Source of the DNA: a virus
Taxonomy: Duplodnaviria > Caudoviricetes
Reading direction: 5' to 3' (one strand)
IMG/VR virus record: IMGVR_UViG_3300032285_001531
Length of the DNA stretch: 64,000 nucleotides
Shown here: positions 35,249-46,200 of the stretch, piece by piece
Layout of the letters: the number at the start of each line of letters is the position of its first letter
How positions within the stretch are numbered: the first letter of the stretch is position 1
Program-made: the position numbers and the translations under genes
Notes under the pieces: model-generated
The model's database searches: none
Seen by the model: the letters and a program-made list of their open reading frames with translations, nothing else
What the model was told of the DNA's origin: nothing

Positions 35249-35935
35249 TTAGTTCCAGTCAAAGTCGGGATCCTTATATCTATCACTATCTGCTGGTTGT
35301 GGTTCGTAACTTATCGGACCCTTTTCTAAAATTACTACACTGTTATAAAATGTTGCTGATTTTAAATTAGGAAACATGTCAAGTAGTTCTTGCGGTGGAG
35401 TTACTCCAGGCATATGAGGAGCATGTAATAAATCAATTAGATTCTTGACATACTCAATAAATGTGTCTTGCTTTTTAAATCCACCATCATAACCAGACCA
35501 ATAACTTGTGTGTGTATCTTCTACTATATAGATGCCACCGTCATTTAAATGCTTAAACAATCTGTTTAGCGTAACAATTTGGTCATTCATTACATGACTA
35601 CCATCGTCAATGATGATATCAAACTTTGGATTATCTTTTAAGAATGCATCCCAATGTTCGTGACTACCCTGATGTACACAGCTATATCTTACATCTGCCC
35701 CATCAAACTTGTGATCTAAGAAATCTTTATTAATATCTAATGCATGTACAGTTACTTCATTGTCAAAATACTTTAACCACATTTCAACTGAGCCACCGTG
35801 TGCAACACCAATCTCCATTAAATGTGGATGCTTACCAATATACTGAGGGAACCATTTGTCGTATATCTCAAAATAGTTTTCCCACTTCTTAGATAGAAGT
35901 TTTAATTTATAGAATATTTCTCGTGTACTTTTCAT
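35249..35935 (-). CDS. Class I SAM methyltransferase (sugar O-methyltransferase-like)
   Basis: KWENYF..YD, EIGVAHGGS..MW, DIIIDDGSH, GGIYIVED.HTSY. Likely start ATG 35935. Confidence 0.8.
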   Translation of the reverse strand: MKSTREIFYKLKLLSKKWENYFEIYDKWFPQYIGKHPHLMEIGVAHGGSVEMWLKYFDNEVTVHALDINKDFLDHKFDGADVRYSCVHQGSHEHWDAFLKDNPKFDIIIDDGSHVMNDQIVTLNRLFKHLNDGGIYIVEDTHTSYWSGYDGGFKKQDTFIEYVKNLIDLLHAPHMPGVTPPQELLDMFPNLKSATFYNSVVILEKGPISYEPQPADSDRYKDPDFDWN

Positions 35936-37242
35936 TTTAACATTAGGCTTGCGCATTTAAGGAAGAACAAATCATTGAATACATTTAATCTGCTTTGGAA
36001 TAGATGATAGAACATTTCTTTTCCGTTCTTGTCTACAAATGTAGTACCGATACCGAACTGTGGTTGACCTTCAGCTAAATCCCATGGCTTACGTTCACCT
36101 GTATTCCAATGTGGGATTTCTTCGTATTTGCCTGGCATGAACATTTCTATTTCAATACCCATCTGCTCAGCGATATAACATAGTTCTTCACCTATGTCAC
36201 CTCTGTTTGTAACCTTGAATGTTGGCTTCCCTAACTTCTCAAACATATCTTTAGTTAATGCGATGCAGCTAGGAGCAGGATAGATATGCTTACCATTCTC
36301 TATATGATTGCTACGCTGTACGTTACCAACTAGTATACCTTTTTCTGCTTGATCAAATGTATAATCTAATGCTTCAGTACTTAATGGAATGCAGTCAATA
36401 TCAAGCATTAAGATAGTATCATAATGATCCTCGTAGAATAACTTATTAATACCATAGTCAATTACTTGATCGGGTGTCATTTCACCATCAGGCTTCTTGT
36501 AGTGCAAGTATTCATACTTACATTTCTTGTTTACGTTATACTTATTAATAACCTGTTTTTGTAGATAACTAATTCTATCTTCAATCTGATGATTACTATA
36601 AGTGAATATGGCTCTTTTTGTCATGTATTTCTCTTTGTAAAATTTATCGGTACTCTTTCTGCTAAAATGATACACGAAACTATTCAATAATGCAAGATTA
36701 TAACCAGATTCTGGTAAAATTTTATGGAATAATCTAACATCATTTTCATATAATGGAAACTTATCTATGTTAGGATAAGATATGAAAGTTTTTCTATGTA
36801 CTATGAATGGCATGTACCATCCTATCTTATTCATTTGTAATTCAGATACATAATGTTTCTGTATATCAACAAAAGATTGAAACTTATCAAAATCGAATGT
36901 TTCTAATGTATCACCGCAATCATATTTGATGCAACTTGGTGCATTTGGTTTCATTATTCCCGGATTAGCTTCTACTACATGACATGTCAAAAATGTATCT
37001 TCGGCTAGAAATAAAGGAATATTTTCATCCCAATCTTTTGATACAACCATATCGTCATTCAACAATACTACAATGTCACAACTAGCTTGATATACACCTT
37101 TATTAAAAGCATAGTATACATCGGTTTCATCTACGATTCTGATTATCTCATGCTCGTACTTACTGTTACGTTTAAGATGGTCGATACAATTGTCAATGTA
37201 TTCGCTATTGCTTAAATGGGGTATAACTACTGAATATTTCAT
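35932..37242 (-). CDS. Two-domain glycosyltransferase (GT2-like + GT-A)
   Basis: KYSVVIP...AFNKG...LLNDD; second domain LDIDCIPL...GDIGEE. Likely start ATG 37242. Confidence 0.7.
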   Translation of the reverse strand: MKYSVVIPHLSNSEYIDNCIDHLKRNSKYEHEIIRIVDETDVYYAFNKGVYQASCDIVVLLNDDMVVSKDWDENIPLFLAEDTFLTCHVVEANPGIMKPNAPSCIKYDCGDTLETFDFDKFQSFVDIQKHYVSELQMNKIGWYMPFIVHRKTFISYPNIDKFPLYENDVRLFHKILPESGYNLALLNSFVYHFSRKSTDKFYKEKYMTKRAIFTYSNHQIEDRISYLQKQVINKYNVNKKCKYEYLHYKKPDGEMTPDQVIDYGINKLFYEDHYDTILMLDIDCIPLSTEALDYTFDQAEKGILVGNVQRSNHIENGKHIYPAPSCIALTKDMFEKLGKPTFKVTNRGDIGEELCYIAEQMGIEIEMFMPGKYEEIPHWNTGERKPWDLAEGQPQFGIGTTFVDKNGKEMFYHLFQSRLNVFNDLFFLKCASLMLK

Positions 37243-37796
37243 TGAAATAATATTGCTCCTGTACCTGACCAATGACCAAACTTAGTAAGGTCTCGTTTTT
37301 CATGTGTGACTTTGTTCCAAAAAGATTTCATTTCATCATTTAACTGAATATCATCCCAAATAGTTAATCCTTTGTAATTGTTGTTAACTAAGTAATTATA
37401 ACAATCCAATTCAAATTGACCATCATGTGTTGTGTCAATGAATATCAGTGGACTAGACAATAAATTCTTATCATTCTTGTAATTACCTACTCTATATTCT
37501 ATATTAGGCTGCGTTTTAACTGTAAGAGCATATTCTATGTCATATGTTATAACTCTATTAGTTTTATTATACGCTAAACATAAACTACTTCCGCCCTTAT
37601 AAGTACCCAATTCATATAAAACTTCATTATCGAACCATGTACTTAATAGGCAAAGTAACCTATAATGCTCTTGCCCAGGCATGCCATCTATATAGCCCTG
37701 CAATTCTCTGTCATTTGAAACGAAATTTATTTTATTAAGGTCAATTGGGTAAAAATCATCTATTATAATCTCGTCTAATTTTTGTAAAAGATTCAT
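37239..37796 (-). CDS. Class I SAM methyltransferase
   Basis: EHYRLL...ELGTYKGGS...YDI...FIDTTHDG...WDDI...HWSGTG. Confidence 0.7.
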   Translation of the reverse strand: MNLLQKLDEIIIDDFYPIDLNKINFVSNDRELQGYIDGMPGQEHYRLLCLLSTWFDNEVLYELGTYKGGSSLCLAYNKTNRVITYDIEYALTVKTQPNIEYRVGNYKNDKNLLSSPLIFIDTTHDGQFELDCYNYLVNNNYKGLTIWDDIQLNDEMKSFWNKVTHEKRDLTKFGHWSGTGAILFQ

Positions 37797-38476
37797 CTTT
37801 CTTTACCGTCAACTGTTTTCTTACGACCTACGATAGTAGTGTTAGCAAGATCAGGATCATCATATGCATACAATCCCATTTGTACTGCGGGTATTATGTC
37901 ACTACGCAACATTATATCAAGTGACTCACATATACCGTACTTGAGTACGTAACTTAATGCATTTTTTGCTGACCATGGATCAATACCATATGCATGTGCC
38001 CTACATAAGAAATGATAGTTGTGTCCATTTGTTGCATGAGGCGGAGTAACTAAAACAGGCCAACCTTTCTTAGCTTGTTCAATACTTCCTAAGTAATGAA
38101 TACAACCAATAACAGGATGATGCAATAGTTGTTGATGCATAATTGCATCATGCTCAAGTATAATGATTGGTCTGTCTATTTCAATACAGTGTGCCCACAA
38201 ACTAATATGACTAAGTGCAACTGAAACTTCTGTTATACTTAGGTCTTTATCAATCCACTTTATCCAACTAATCCAACTTTTGTCTTTGGCATGATCAGGG
38301 AGTTTTATCTCACCACTCGTGCCATCAAATGCATCCCATACTTTATATGGCATGTTCAAATCAGCAAGAGTCTTTTGACATCTTGCTGACATGCGTTCAC
38401 TTACAGCATGATCCTTAAGTGTGATAACATACGCTGATTCAATTTCTAAATTGTAACTATAGTCAAGTTTTAGCAT
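37793..38476 (-). CDS. Glycosyltransferase family 25-like
   Basis: AYVITL...WDAFDG...SHISLW..C...ILEHDA...RAHAY. Confidence 0.75.
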   Translation of the reverse strand: MLKLDYSYNLEIESAYVITLKDHAVSERMSARCQKTLADLNMPYKVWDAFDGTSGEIKLPDHAKDKSWISWIKWIDKDLSITEVSVALSHISLWAHCIEIDRPIIILEHDAIMHQQLLHHPVIGCIHYLGSIEQAKKGWPVLVTPPHATNGHNYHFLCRAHAYGIDPWSAKNALSYVLKYGICESLDIMLRSDIIPAVQMGLYAYDDPDLANTTIVGRKKTVDGKER

Positions 38477-40191
38477 TACTTATTTCGTATATGATTTAAT
38501 ACTTCGTCACGTGATACTCTACCCGGTTTATTAACTTGAATCAATAACTTCATCGATAAAGCCACATTGTTAAATGTATTCAAAGCATAGTTCAGTTCTT
38601 CTTCACTTATTTCACCACTCTTAAGTCTGCTTTCCCAATGTGGTAAATATTCAAACTGTACATCGCATACTTCTAAATCAATACCATGTTCAAATGCAAG
38701 TAGTGAATCACTTTGATTTTCTATCATTCTATCATAGTTTTTCTTTTGATTAAACAACATAAATGTACCCATAGTAATTAAACGTTTATGTGATGGATCA
38801 TCTAGTGCAATGTCACAACGCCAATGTGGTACTTGAACTTCCCATATCGCAGCATTGTCACTTACACGATACATTTCTTTTAAGATTTCAATAAAGTGGT
38901 CATTGTCATTGCCGAGATGTTCTAGTACATCTTTAGCAACAATATGACCAAACTCATTGTCTTTCCAAGGCCAAGGAGTAACATTTAAGTCAACTCGTTG
39001 ATCTGGATTACTGAATTCGCTTATATCAACATTTAGATAACCATCTAAGTTTGTTTGACCACATCCTAAGTTAAGACGTTTAAGTACTTTGTCCTCATTT
39101 GGCATGTCAATATGTTCTAAATTAAACTTTTCTTCTAATGCTTTGTATAGTTTGCTGAATGTAGTGTTCCATTTACCTGCTTCTTCTTGTCTAAAAAGAG
39201 TAACACAATCATAGTATGGACTCTTATTGTTTTGTGGACTACCGTATGCCCATGTATGATAAGGTAGTATTGGAGGACATACCCATGTTTCTTTGCCCAT
39301 TGCAGCAGCAATATGTGCGATACTTGTGCAACTTGTGATAACAATATCTAAGTTAGCAATACAAGCCATTGTATCTTCCCAACTTAGCAAGAAGTGTTGC
39401 AAGTCGATGATACCTTCTGGTAATTGTATCACGTTATGGTCACGTTGCAAACTATACACTTGAACTTCTTTGTACTTTGCAATGTTAGTCATAAATGCTT
39501 CAGGAAATTTTCTAAATTGTTGATGTTCAAACTTAGGATTACCTGCCCAACGAATACCAATCTTTACTTTATCACTATTGATTAAGTTTTTCCAAATATC
39601 TACTGAATGTGGATTTGGTGTCATGTATGGTTTGCCTGGGAAGTTGTCAAATGTATGACCTGCTACCCATCCTGCACTAAAGCCCGGAACCCAAAAGTCA
39701 TGTTCTACAGTATGTGCTTCATTGCGTAAGATAACTTTATCTACCCCAGGAATGCGACTGAACACTCCAACCATTTCAGGAGCTGCTGCAAGATATACTT
39801 TTGCTGCACCTTGCTCTTTAAAACTTGTAGCAAAACGTGCATGAATAATTTCATCCCCGTATCCACCTTCTAATGATATAAGAATACCTTTACCTTTAAT
39901 ATCATGTTCTTGTGGATTGAATATAGGTTTATCAGTTTTAAGTGGGCCAGATCCATATACACTTATGAATCTTCCGTTCTCTAATAACTGACAGCCTTTT
40001 TGATAATCGCCTTGTTGTAATAAAAACCAGCCACGATTAAAACTATGACGAATCCATGTGTCTGGATTATGTTTACCATCAGGTCCTATGATTTTATCCG
40101 GACCCTCTTTTTCTAGTTCTTCGGATATAGCCCACGCTTCTTTCTGTTTACCTTCTAGTTGGTAGGCCAATAGTTGATCAATTGGATGCAT
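38476..40191 (-). CDS. TPR-like + GT9/heptosyltransferase-like + methyltransferase fusion
   Basis: Helical N-terminus; EGGYGDEI..ARF; GIRWAG.P; SLQ; LDIVITSCTSIAHIAAAMGKETW; then LNLGCG...Y.NVD...DVLEH...VPH. ATAAATA at 40216-40222. Confidence 0.75.
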   Translation of the reverse strand: MHPIDQLLAYQLEGKQKEAWAISEELEKEGPDKIIGPDGKHNPDTWIRHSFNRGWFLLQQGDYQKGCQLLENGRFISVYGSGPLKTDKPIFNPQEHDIKGKGILISLEGGYGDEIIHARFATSFKEQGAAKVYLAAAPEMVGVFSRIPGVDKVILRNEAHTVEHDFWVPGFSAGWVAGHTFDNFPGKPYMTPNPHSVDIWKNLINSDKVKIGIRWAGNPKFEHQQFRKFPEAFMTNIAKYKEVQVYSLQRDHNVIQLPEGIIDLQHFLLSWEDTMACIANLDIVITSCTSIAHIAAAMGKETWVCPPILPYHTWAYGSPQNNKSPYYDCVTLFRQEEAGKWNTTFSKLYKALEEKFNLEHIDMPNEDKVLKRLNLGCGQTNLDGYLNVDISEFSNPDQRVDLNVTPWPWKDNEFGHIVAKDVLEHLGNDNDHFIEILKEMYRVSDNAAIWEVQVPHWRCDIALDDPSHKRLITMGTFMLFNQKKNYDRMIENQSDSLLAFEHGIDLEVCDVQFEYLPHWESRLKSGEISEEELNYALNTFNNVALSMKLLIQVNKPGRVSRDEVLNHIRNK

Positions 40192-40250
40192 TTGTTTCCT
40201 CTTATAAGTGTGAAATATTTATGTACGCAGATTGCGTACCATAAGAAAGT

Positions 40251-43200
40251 TTACGATGTTTTGGTTAAGCCTGCAGTGTGACTTAATCCTGCAGAAATGC
40301 TATTCCATTCATTGTAACCTATTTGAACTGGACTTGATTTACTAATAATAGTTTTATCACCTAATTGACCAATTGAGTTATTTCCCCATGCCCATAAACG
40401 ATAATTTGTATCTATTCCTACTGTGTAGCTAGTACCTGCTGACACTGCTAACCAAGTTCCGGTACCAACTTGCATTGGACTATAAATATTTGACATTGCA
40501 TACACGTTGCCCATTAATGTAGGATTTGATCTAAGTAGACCGCCGGCAGCAGCACCTTGTGCCAATCCTATACCTAAACCATCAGATCCCCAAACATATA
40601 ATAATTTATCATTAGATATACTTCCTGAATTAGTTCCCCAACCTGCAGCCATAGAATTAAATATGGTGCCAGAAGTAGTATTATCTTGTAGGGCAAGCAA
40701 TGTTACCTGAGAACCATTAATAGCTGAAATATTTGTGCCGAAATCTTGATACAATGTAAGTGGAATTGTCGGAACTGTAAAGTTTCCTGTATAAACTGCA
40801 ATACCATTTGTTATGCGCAAGTTAGATATAAAACCATTCATTTGATATGTACCATCAGCCATGCTACCTATGTACAATGTACCTGCTGTTGATGAATAGT
40901 TTGAGGTATCTGATACATCTGTACCTAATTTAGTACCATTCACAAAGAATCTACCGATACCTGAACCACGAACATATGCTATATGTGTCCATGTTCTAGC
41001 CGTTATAGTTACTGTAGTAGAGCTTGCATGAGTTGCACCTGTATTAGCTGCACCTGAATTAAAATACATAGTTGATGCTGAACCTACACCAAAATAGAAT
41101 CCCCAGTTACCTGCACCAGTGCCATATGAATAGTTAGAAGATACTAGTGTTATGTTAGTAGCTGCTGCACTTGGATATATCCATGCTTCAATTGTAAAGT
41201 CACTAGTACCAAATCCAGAGTTATTTGATGATACTGGAGTTGTTATATAATCACCTGTGCCGTCAAATGCACCACAACCACCATAGGTTGCAGTTGCATT
41301 GTATGGTGAACTAAATGGATTTACTCCACCAATATATGCATTACCTACTGCAGTTAATGTATTATTAGTTGATGTGTCTGCAAAATTTGTTCGTTTAGTA
41401 CTAACAAGAACTGGACTAGATTTACTAATTGCAGTAGTATCACCTAATTGACCTGAAGTTCCTATTCCCCAACCATATAGATATCCGGTAGCATCTACTG
41501 CCAATGAGTAACTCAATCCTGCTGAAATATTTGTCCAGCTAAGACTTTGGAATGCTGCGGCTAAAGGTCCAATAGTAGTACGATTAACTGTAGTACCAAT
41601 ACCTAATTGCCCCTGTGCATTATTTCCCCATGATCCAAGTGTACCGCTACTGAATATTGCTAATGTGTGATCATTTCCTGCTGAAACTTGAGTATAACTA
41701 CTTGTACCAATTTGAGTAGAACTTGAAAATGTAATAACACTTCCCTTACCCAACTGTCCTGAACTATTAAGTCCCCACATCCATAATGAACTATCTGATG
41801 ATTTAATTGCAGCAGTGAAGCTAGCACCTGCAGAAACTTGTTTCCAACTACCAGTACCAATTTGTATCGGACTACTTTGATTAACTGCAATATAGAAGTT
41901 ACCTACAACAACTGGACTTGATCTATTATTACTTGTGTTACTGAAATTCATTAAACCAAAGTTACTATTTGTATTCAAACCCCAAATATAAATTGATCCG
42001 GCACTATTACGTGCAAATGCAGTACTACCGCCTGCGGCAACTTGACTCCAACTAGTGGTAGTTCCAAGTTGTGTTGGACTTGAACGTGTGACTACATCAT
42101 TTTGTCCCATTTGACCTGCGTTGTTTAGTCCCCACATGAATAATGAACCACTTGTATTAATTGCACCACTAAAGCTTTGACCAGCAGCAAGTTGTGTGAA
42201 ACTTCCTGCTGCAGCTAGTACTGGGGATAACGTGTCTGTGTTCAACTGACTACCTAATGTATTAGGCCAACTCACAGGGTTAAATGCATTATTAAATCCA
42301 ACACGTCCGTCTAAACTATAACCCCATGCCCATAACTGACTAGTAGTATTTTTTGTGAAGAAATGTGCTTGTCCAGTTGATACTTGTGTTGTATTTGACA
42401 CCATTGTTGTTAATGGTAAATCTTGACATGCTAGTAATTGTGTGCTATATCCAGAACCACTTATTACTGATAGAGGACTTGATGGTGGAGTAAAGCTTGA
42501 GGTTCCTGTGTAGACTGCTAGGCCCTTAACAATTCGCAGATTTGATATAAATCTACTGTTACCACCGGTTCCGTTATATGCATCATATCCTATCCACATT
42601 GTGGCTAATGTGTTATAATCATTAACAACACCAGTATATGTACCAACATATGTTCCATTCATGTACAAGTATTCAACACCACTTTGTCTAGTCCATGCCA
42701 TATGATACCATACGTTAGGCTGTGTTGGGAACGTTGCGTTTGTAACTGCTATAGTATATGTGCCAGATGTTCCACCAGTATTAATATACATAAGTGGTGT
42801 AGGTTGTGCTTGGTCAATTAATCTACCACCACCACTAATACCACCATCAACTAATGCAAATAATTCTATAGTAAAATCTCCAGTACTAATAGACTGTGCT
42901 GAAGCAGAAGCAGTAGTTACAAGAGCTTTATAATTTGTGTTATCTAAGAATGCATAGAATGCTCCACCATATATGTATACATCATTGTATGGCGCAGCAA
43001 AAGGACTAGCAGGCATAGTAGCTGTTACAAAGTCCCATGCAAATGGATATTGACCAGTGCCTGAAGCAGATACGGTATAATTGCCTGACTTATCTGAAAC
43101 TTGTGCTAAAACGATATCTTTACCGTTTAATGTGCCTGGTCTTACTGGAATACTTGCTCCGGATACACCACGAGCTATATAATTGTTTGCTCCCCAAACA

Positions 43201-46200
43201 TAAACCACATTATTAGTAGAAACTGCACCTGTAATTGATTGTCCAACAGAAACTTGTGACCAACTTTGTGGAATATTTTGTCCTAATGCAGTAAGCTGAA
43301 TTGGGCTACCTGCATATTGACTGACACCTTGTGTTTGTCCGAATCCAAGTTGAGTTGGGTTTGATAAGTTGTTTGTAAAGGTGGTTCCTAATTGTCCTAC
43401 GTTATTCTGACCCCATCCCCATAGTGTACTATCACTTGAGAGTGCAAATTGTTGATAACTACCGGCAGCAACTTGGGTATAACTACTAGTTAATGTTCTA
43501 CCTTGATTATATGAATCAAAAATTCTAACACCAACTTGTGATGGTATTGATCTAGATGTTACTGAGTTATTACCTAATTGACCCTGTGCATTATAACCCC
43601 ATGTATATAATTTACCAGTAGTGGTTAATCCTAAACTTTGTGACCATCCCGCTGCAACTCCTGCCCAACTTTCAGTGATGCCAAAGTTAACTCTTACTGG
43701 TAATCCAGTGCCAGCATTAATAAAGTTGCTATTACCGATTAACACGGGGCTTGACTTACTAATTATACTAGCATCACCCAACTGTGATCCAGCTGAGTTG
43801 CTGCCCCATGCATATAATAAATTACCTGTAGTCACACTTGTAAAGTGGGTGGCACCTGCACTTATTAAATTAAAGTTGTACCCTGTGATTGATGCAGGAA
43901 CTAGCAATAACATAAATGTTGTACTGGCAGCAAATGTTGTGTTCACATTAGTTGTACTTGGGTATGCTGCTGCACTACCTGCACCTGTTGTTGCTAAATT
44001 CGCTAGTGTAGGTGTAGTAAAGTTACCTGTATATACTGCAGTACCTTTGTTATATCTGATGTTACTCATGTAACCGGCAAAGTATAAGTTATTATTAGGT
44101 GTTGTCCAGTTTGTTCTATCGATACCAAACCACATACCTAAATCACTTTGTCCAGGTGAAGGACTAAGGCTACCAGGCTGTGCTGCGCCCGGTGCAGAAA
44201 CAGAAACACCAGCAACACCATTTAGATATGCAGTTAAATTATTATTGTATCTTACAAGTGCAATATGATTCCATGCGTTAGCTGTTAAACTTGTTGAACT
44301 AGGATAAAAAGCTTGATATTGTGTAGCACTTGATGTACTACCACCGCTAATCCAAATATCAACATATGTATTGGTAATTGTTAATAAGAATTCAGCAACA
44401 TATGAATCAATATATGTACCAAAGTTTACGAGTGTTCTTGCATTTGTGTTTGTTGGGTAAGCCCATAATTCCATTGTGAAATCTTGACCTGCTGACCAGT
44501 TATACACACTTGTGTAACCGGTTGCGAATCCAAACATTTGTGTTGTGCCACTTAATGATTCTGAGAATCCTCCTGACACAGGACCAAATGTTGCTGAAAC
44601 TGCAGGTGCTCCTACAACAGGACTCACTGCTGCTTTTTGTGAACTAGCATCTGCTAACACCGTACCTAATAATACAGGAGCAGATTTTGCTATAACAGTA
44701 TTATCTGCTAATTGTCCTGAAGAATTTAATCCCCAGTTATATAATACTTTATCTGTTGTAGTTGCTGCACTGAATGATGTTCCTGCAGATACTAAGCTCC
44801 AACTTGTTCCTGCTGCAACAACTAATACCGGACTACCGGTTCCATTATTTACACCAGTAAAGCTAGTTCCAAGCTGAGTTGCACTTGAACGACTACTTAA
44901 TACTGATTGATCACCTAATAAACCTGCGTTATTTACACCCCATACATATGCACGCCTACTAGTATCTACAGCATATGATGTAGTATTAACAGCAGCCACA
45001 TTAGATACTGCTCTAGGACTTAATATATCTTTTGCTGCTAATAATACTGTTCCGCTTGCAATAGCTGCACTTGGATTGCCATTAACATTTGCACTTTGTG
45101 TTATTGTTAATGGATTAGCTGATGGAGTAAAGTTTGTTGTATATACAGCAGTACCTATTACCCATCTAAGATTACTAATTAATCCAGCGTAGAAAGTACT
45201 AGTGTTACTTGTGTCTCGTGGAACTGCTATATACCACAATCCATCACCTGCAGTACCTACAACTCCCCATGAAGTAGCCGGAGTATTAAGTGCTCCTGAA
45301 TAAGTTACATCAATACCATTAATAAATATTTTACTAGTTGAGCCGGTAAACACAGCAGCAACATGATACCATTGCCCAGGAGATACTCTTACTGTAGAAG
45401 TTGCTGCTGTTGTGAAGCCCGTTGCAACGGCATACCAACCAAATGAAACAAATGGATCGGCTGATTGTGATACTTGTCCATATGTGCCAATGTCAGCCTG
45501 AGCAGTTAATGCAAATATCAAATTAGTTGGACCTGCCGGAGAAATAACATTTTGTTCGCAAAATATTACACCGCCAATTGCAACTCCTGGAACATCTGGT
45601 ATTTGAAATATCCAAGCTTCAATTGTAAATGGAGTATTAGCTGTAGGTATAATATATGAATTTATTGCTGGCATACTTACGTAACCAGCTGTTGCTGATG
45701 ATTTTGTGCCTACAAATCTTATTGATCCGCCGTACACTGATGTATCATTATATGGAGCAGAGAAAGGATTAATAGGAACTGGGTAAGCACCACCTACACC
45801 AGTTAGTGTGTTTAAACCAGTTGCATCAGTAAAAGATACTGTAGTACCAACTGTAGATGGAATCACTCTAAAAGCAGTGGTGTTATCACCCAATTGACCG
45901 CTTGAATTAACTCCCCATCCATATAATCCATTTGTACTTGCTAATCTTGCTAGAGTATATGATGTTCCAGCAGTAACTTGAGTATAACTATAGTTATCTA
46001 CTTTACTAGGCACTGCGGTACCAGTAAATGTAACACTACCGACTTGTAGTGGGAAACTCTTACTAATAATAGTACTATCACCTAATTGACCACTTGTGCC
46101 TAATCCCCAATTCATTAAGTTTGAATTGTTAAGTGCACCTGTCCATGAGCCGCCTGCATTAACTGCTGTCCAGTTACTACCGTATCCTATTTGAACTGGG

